Shown here: piece after piece, positions 34,385 to 38,403 of the stretch | Numbering within the stretch: position 1 is the stretch's first letter | Layout: every line of letters begins with the position of its first letter | Assembly: GCA_016934535.1 (NCBI GenBank) | Contig: JAFGSQ010000057.1 | Coordinates: 1 to 38,403, forward strand | Length of the DNA stretch: 38,403 bases | Direction of reading: 5' to 3' | Source of the DNA: a candidate division WOR-3 bacterium | GTDB lineage: Bacteria > SDB-A | The notes under the pieces: generated by a model | Told to the model about the DNA's origin: nothing | What the model saw: only the letters and a program-made list of their open reading frames with translations | The model's database searches: none | Translations under genes and position numbers: made by a program

Positions 34385-35554
34385 TCAAAATGATAGATTT
34401 AATTGATCGATTCCAGGCGCTTCAGTTATTGGTAGGACGACTTCAGCCGGCGAAAGACCCGATTCGAGCAAAATTTTGATGTCTTCGATATTTAAAGCAT
34501 TAGAGGCGGTAGTTCCTTCTGAACCGGGTCTGAGAATAATGATTTCTTCAGCAGAAATACCTTTGTTGTTGAGCAAATCATAACTGTGTGTGCTCAATAT
34601 GACCTGCCGTTTTACTGTTTTTCTTTTTTGCATGAAATGTATCAATTCGGCGAGTTTATTTACGACACCTGTATGAAGAGACAATTCAGGTTCTTCAAGT
34701 AACAACGGTTGGGTGCCGTTTAGCATTGAGTATAAAAGCCCGATAATTCGAAGCGTCCCGTCAGAAAACTGTTCTTCATTCTGTTTTGCTCCCCGAGGTC
34801 GCCAATGTTCATATATTGCCTGAAGATGAGGTACTCCCATTTTGTCTTTTTCGAGAGATAAATTTTTCAAATTGGGAACAGCCGTTTTCAGAGCTTTTTC
34901 AATTTTTTTCAATTGTGAATCTCTGACTTTTTTATTCATTTTACTCATTTTTTCAAACAAGTCTCTTCCGTAAAACTCTTCCGAATTGCTTGTTTTTTGA
35001 AATGACTGAGGGTTCCTGATGATTTGCGGAATTATATGCTGATAATCTATAGTTTTAAAAAAATCAGCAAGTTCGCGGAATTTTGAATTTGCCGTTGGTT
35101 GTTCAAGGTGTGTGTATTGCAACAATTCCTCGTCTTTTCCGTCTTTTTTTTCATCGGGTCTGTCCAATAGTTGTTTTTCACTGTTCCATACTCTCTCATG
35201 CCGTATGACAGCTTTTGTTTCACCGACAGCCCCTCCTCCTCTTTGTGTTAGACCAAGAGCATATTTCCATGTCAGGTTATTTTTACCCGAATCATTTATC
35301 TCGATCTCGATTTTTACATCGGATTTACTTCCATGAGCTGAAAGACACCTGATTTTTGAAAGTCCTCCGCGTAGTTTCACAGCTTCCTGAAGCCCGCCTC
35401 CTTCACGCGCAACATCGCGTAAAAATCTGAAGACATCGAGAAGGTTGGATTTTCCCGAAGCATTCGGTCCGACTATAAAAGTCCTTTCGGCGAGTGAAAT
35501 ATCCACATCCGTAAAATTCTTCCAGTTGTTGAGCTTTATTCTGCTTATATACAT
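34385..35554 (-). CDS. ABC/SMC-like AAA ATPase (AAA_21-type)
   Basis: ISRIKLNNWKNF, Walker A GPNASGKSN, signature FSDGTLR, Walker B/D-loop LLLEEPELSLH, H-loop ILSTHS. ATG at 35554 has a GAGGTG RBS. Confidence 0.93.
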   Translation of the reverse strand: MYISRIKLNNWKNFTDVDISLAERTFIVGPNASGKSNLLDVFRFLRDVAREGGGLQEAVKLRGGLSKIRCLSAHGSKSDVKIEIEINDSGKNNLTWKYALGLTQRGGGAVGETKAVIRHERVWNSEKQLLDRPDEKKDGKDEELLQYTHLEQPTANSKFRELADFFKTIDYQHIIPQIIRNPQSFQKTSNSEEFYGRDLFEKMSKMNKKVRDSQLKKIEKALKTAVPNLKNLSLEKDKMGVPHLQAIYEHWRPRGAKQNEEQFSDGTLRIIGLLYSMLNGTQPLLLEEPELSLHTGVVNKLAELIHFMQKRKTVKRQVILSTHSYDLLNNKGISAEEIIILRPGSEGTTASNALNIEDIKILLESGLSPAEVVLPITEAPGIDQLNLSF

Positions 35555-35563
35555 AATCACCTC

Positions 35564-38050
35564 TTACATCTTGATGACTCTGAGGCTTTCGATTCCCCGG
35601 TCGTCAATTATTTTTACTGCAATGGATTGACCCGGTTCAAACATCAATGAGGTTGTTCCGGCAAACGCCTCGATTTTTTCTTCGTCAATTTCCGCTTTCA
35701 GGTTTTTTGCGAGCTTGTCCCAGCCGTCGCCACTGCCTGCCATCGGGAAAAAGACCTGCGCCGGGAAAAGAGAACGGCCGTCGTAATCAGTGTCGAGCAT
35801 CCACATGGCAATATTTTTCTTGCCGCCGCTTTCGATGTTGCCTGTTATGGGATTGTAATAGTCAAAACCCATGACTTCGACCTGTATTTTTTTACCTCGC
35901 CCTTTCTGTCTGTGGATTTTTATGTCGGGTTGGCCCACAAGCCAAAAACTTTCATTACTGCTTCGTTTTTTCCGCAGATCATCGGTCAAAAGATCGGCGT
36001 TCATCTGTGCTTTTAGCAACTGCATACCCGCCTTCTCGGGGGTGAGTTCGTCTATGTCTTTTGCCGCTTCTTCATCGAACTGAAAAGCGCAGAACAGCAA
36101 AATATCAGGTCTCAGTGTTCTGGATTCCTGCCATGCGTTTTCAACGGTTCGCTGTTCAAGGGGCGCGTGTTCGGGGCCGAAAACCACCAAAACCTTTTTA
36201 GGCTTTTCTTCCTTGGTTTCGGCTTCCGCCTGTATGAATTTAGTCCCACCCAGCGGTTCAACCCTTACAAAATGGATCATTTTTCCGCCTTTGGCGCGGA
36301 CGCCGGTGCGCAGAAGTTCATCCCGCCACTCGGCCTGTCGAAGAGTTTCGCCTGAACGCGCGACTGCTGTATAAGCGGCAGTGTTTTCCGCTACATTTGA
36401 AACCTGCTGGGTTTTGTCAAGGTCGTCAAAACTTTTTGCATAAGGAGCGGGAACTGCTTCCACCGTGAAAGGACCTGTAATGCGGGTCTTTTTTGTATCT
36501 ATAAACGGCTGGTCATACAATGCCTCTGTCGCCGGAGGTTCATTGTTGGCGATGCTTTTCAATGTGATGTGCGGAACGGTTTTATACAAGAATCCGCTTC
36601 CCACGCCTTCTTTGGGGTGCGCAAGCTCGTAATAATCGAAATCGGCGGTCATGAGACGCTGTTTTGCAAGAGTTATAGCAACCCTTGAAGTATCACAGGT
36701 TATCCAGCGGCGGCCCCACTGCTCTGCTACATAAGCCATAGTCCCAGAGCCACAAGTGATGTCGAGGACAAGGTCTCCTGGATCAGAAGACATGAGGAGG
36801 CAGCGTTGGATAATTTTTTCATTAGTCTGAACTATATAAACTTTATTTGTTGCTCCTATGGTATCTGACCATAATGAATTTAGAGGTGAAGCAGGAAAGT
36901 CATCAAGAAAAAATTTGTATCTTAATTGATTTGTTGTTGCAAATATTCTTTTATTTTTTATTAAATTTATCATTCCTTCTAGGTTAGTTCTATAACCTCC
37001 TTTATATTTTTTTCCATTAAATTCAACTTCAAATTCTGGATTAGAACTTCGAATTAGGTTATCTGACATGAATGGTTTTATTTTTTTGTTGGGAAATTCA
37101 TTAAGTATTTTATATCCTTCTGTTTTTGAATAAATATTTCCTTCAATATCTTCGTAATGACTTGCAAGTTCATCGTCTATTCTTAATTCGTATAGATTAG
37201 TAAATTTAGTGTTTGATTTATTCTTTGAATACCATATCAGATAGTCTGTAATATTCGTTAAATATTTTGAAGAAACAAGAGATCTTGTTTTTGTAAATAT
37301 AATTTCTTTTATAAAATTCTCAACTCCAAACACCTCATCCATTATCTCCCTGATATGATGAACATTTTCATCGCTTATCTGGACAAAAACACTACCGCTT
37401 TCATGGAGTAATTCTTTTACTAGAAAAAGTCTGTCCCGTAGATATGTCAGATACGAATGAATCCCCAACTCCCATGTGTCCCTGAATGCTTTTATCATTT
37501 CCGGTTCAGCGGACAAATCGTCGTCCTTGCCGTCTTTCACATCCCGCTTGTTGACAAAGGGTTGGAAATTACTGCCGTATTTGATTCCGTAGGGAGGGTC
37601 AAAATATACGGTCTGGACTTTACCAGCCATGCCTTCTTTTTCGAGCAGTGAGTTCATTACAAGAAGGCTGTCGCCTGCAATTAACCTGTTCGTCCAGCCC
37701 TCTTTGTGTTTATAAAAGTCTATGGCTTCACGGAGCGGTTTTTTCTCGGCAAAGAGACTCAACTGACCGCCGTCATCGTGCTCTTTTGTAACTGTGTCAA
37801 TTATTGTCTTGGGATCAATGCGTTCGTGGACATGAAGACTTACCGTAGGCACTTCAAAACTTGTGTGTTCTGCTTTTCCCGCCCATTGTAGTTGTGGGTC
37901 AAGATGAGGATCATATTGGTATTTTTTCTTTTCGCCTTTGTCCGGGTCTGTATTCGGCGTCACAAGACCAACGGGAGGAATGTTCGCCCGTTTCTTGTCC
38001 CTGTGATCGTATTGTTCTATCGGTTTGCCCGTTGATTTTTTCTTCGGCAT
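35564..38050 (-). CDS. Type III restriction-modification DNA adenine methyltransferase (Mod subunit)
   Basis: NRLIAGDSL, catalytic YFDPPYG, SYLTYLRDRL, QISDENVH, SAM-binding VLDITCGSGT (beta-class motif order), C-terminal AVKIIDDRGIE. AGAGGG RBS. Confidence 0.93.
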   Translation of the reverse strand: MPKKKSTGKPIEQYDHRDKKRANIPPVGLVTPNTDPDKGEKKKYQYDPHLDPQLQWAGKAEHTSFEVPTVSLHVHERIDPKTIIDTVTKEHDDGGQLSLFAEKKPLREAIDFYKHKEGWTNRLIAGDSLLVMNSLLEKEGMAGKVQTVYFDPPYGIKYGSNFQPFVNKRDVKDGKDDDLSAEPEMIKAFRDTWELGIHSYLTYLRDRLFLVKELLHESGSVFVQISDENVHHIREIMDEVFGVENFIKEIIFTKTRSLVSSKYLTNITDYLIWYSKNKSNTKFTNLYELRIDDELASHYEDIEGNIYSKTEGYKILNEFPNKKIKPFMSDNLIRSSNPEFEVEFNGKKYKGGYRTNLEGMINLIKNKRIFATTNQLRYKFFLDDFPASPLNSLWSDTIGATNKVYIVQTNEKIIQRCLLMSSDPGDLVLDITCGSGTMAYVAEQWGRRWITCDTSRVAITLAKQRLMTADFDYYELAHPKEGVGSGFLYKTVPHITLKSIANNEPPATEALYDQPFIDTKKTRITGPFTVEAVPAPYAKSFDDLDKTQQVSNVAENTAAYTAVARSGETLRQAEWRDELLRTGVRAKGGKMIHFVRVEPLGGTKFIQAEAETKEEKPKKVLVVFGPEHAPLEQRTVENAWQESRTLRPDILLFCAFQFDEEAAKDIDELTPEKAGMQLLKAQMNADLLTDDLRKKRSSNESFWLVGQPDIKIHRQKGRGKKIQVEVMGFDYYNPITGNIESGGKKNIAMWMLDTDYDGRSLFPAQVFFPMAGSGDGWDKLAKNLKAEIDEEKIEAFAGTTSLMFEPGQSIAVKIIDDRGIESLRVIKM

Positions 38051-38403
38051 ATTTCCCTCTGTATTTTAACTTTTCATATATAATATACTCTGTTTGTTTA
38101 TCACATAATACGCTAAATTAGCTAATGATTGGAATAAATTTGAAAAAGTAGTTGGTCCTGCCATTTTTTTTATCCGAATAGATCAATAGTATTCTATACA
38201 TTATTTTCTGAAATTAAAATCGTTATAAGAGGAGAAAACAGATATTAATCAAAAATATTTTTATATCACGAAAATGAAAATTCAATGCATGGTTATCGTA
38301 ATAATGTAATACATCTAGTGGGCATGATGAAAGATTATATCTAATCTGTTAAGAATGAAGATTTATGATACGCATTATCAATTGTTAAATTTATATTTTT
38401 GAA
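38051..38403. other. AT-rich non-coding region upstream of the mod operon
   Basis: No ORF of 60 aa or more starts here and it is visibly more AT-rich than the core genes. It presumably contains the island promoter. Confidence 0.5.

Noticed and set aside
35564-38050. Phase-variable mod (phasevarion) repeat tract
   Set aside because: No tandem simple-sequence repeat or long G/C homopolymer was seen in the gene, and the frame is intact.

Overview
Bacterial chromosomal window, mostly housekeeping genes, ending in an accessory defence island. Strong Shine-Dalgarno sites, glyQS, HPr with the regulatory Ser and two secreted proteins with T9SS-type/FlgD-Ig C-terminal domains suggest an FCB-related candidate lineage such as WOR-3/TA06 (inference only). 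Left part: hybrid sensor kinase, long-form urocanate hydratase, and a minus-strand cupin-glyQ-glyS operon. Middle: a long plus-strand run of C25 gingipain-like protease, TldE/TldD, a membrane protein, an orphan MalK-type ATPase, HPr, PTS Enzyme I, PGI/PMI, sugar-phosphate nucleotidyltransferase, metK, an NtrB/NtrC-type pair, rpmB and a divergent L,D-transpeptidase. Then MATE, HAD hydrolase and an Asp-box secreted protein. From about 30.4 kb: a scar of three probable gene remnants (glutamate-synthase-family 3' end, RAYT transposase with a GTAG REP hairpin, HigA-like antitoxin), followed by a tightly coupled minus-strand operon: type III Mod methyltransferase, ABC/AAA ATPase, DUF4276-like TOPRIM protein, type III Res. 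The ATPase-TOPRIM pair nested between mod and res is the best candidate for an undescribed system (a possible restriction-guard/abortive-infection module). No rRNA, tRNA or CRISPR array was seen. All family calls come from motif recognition, not database searches.
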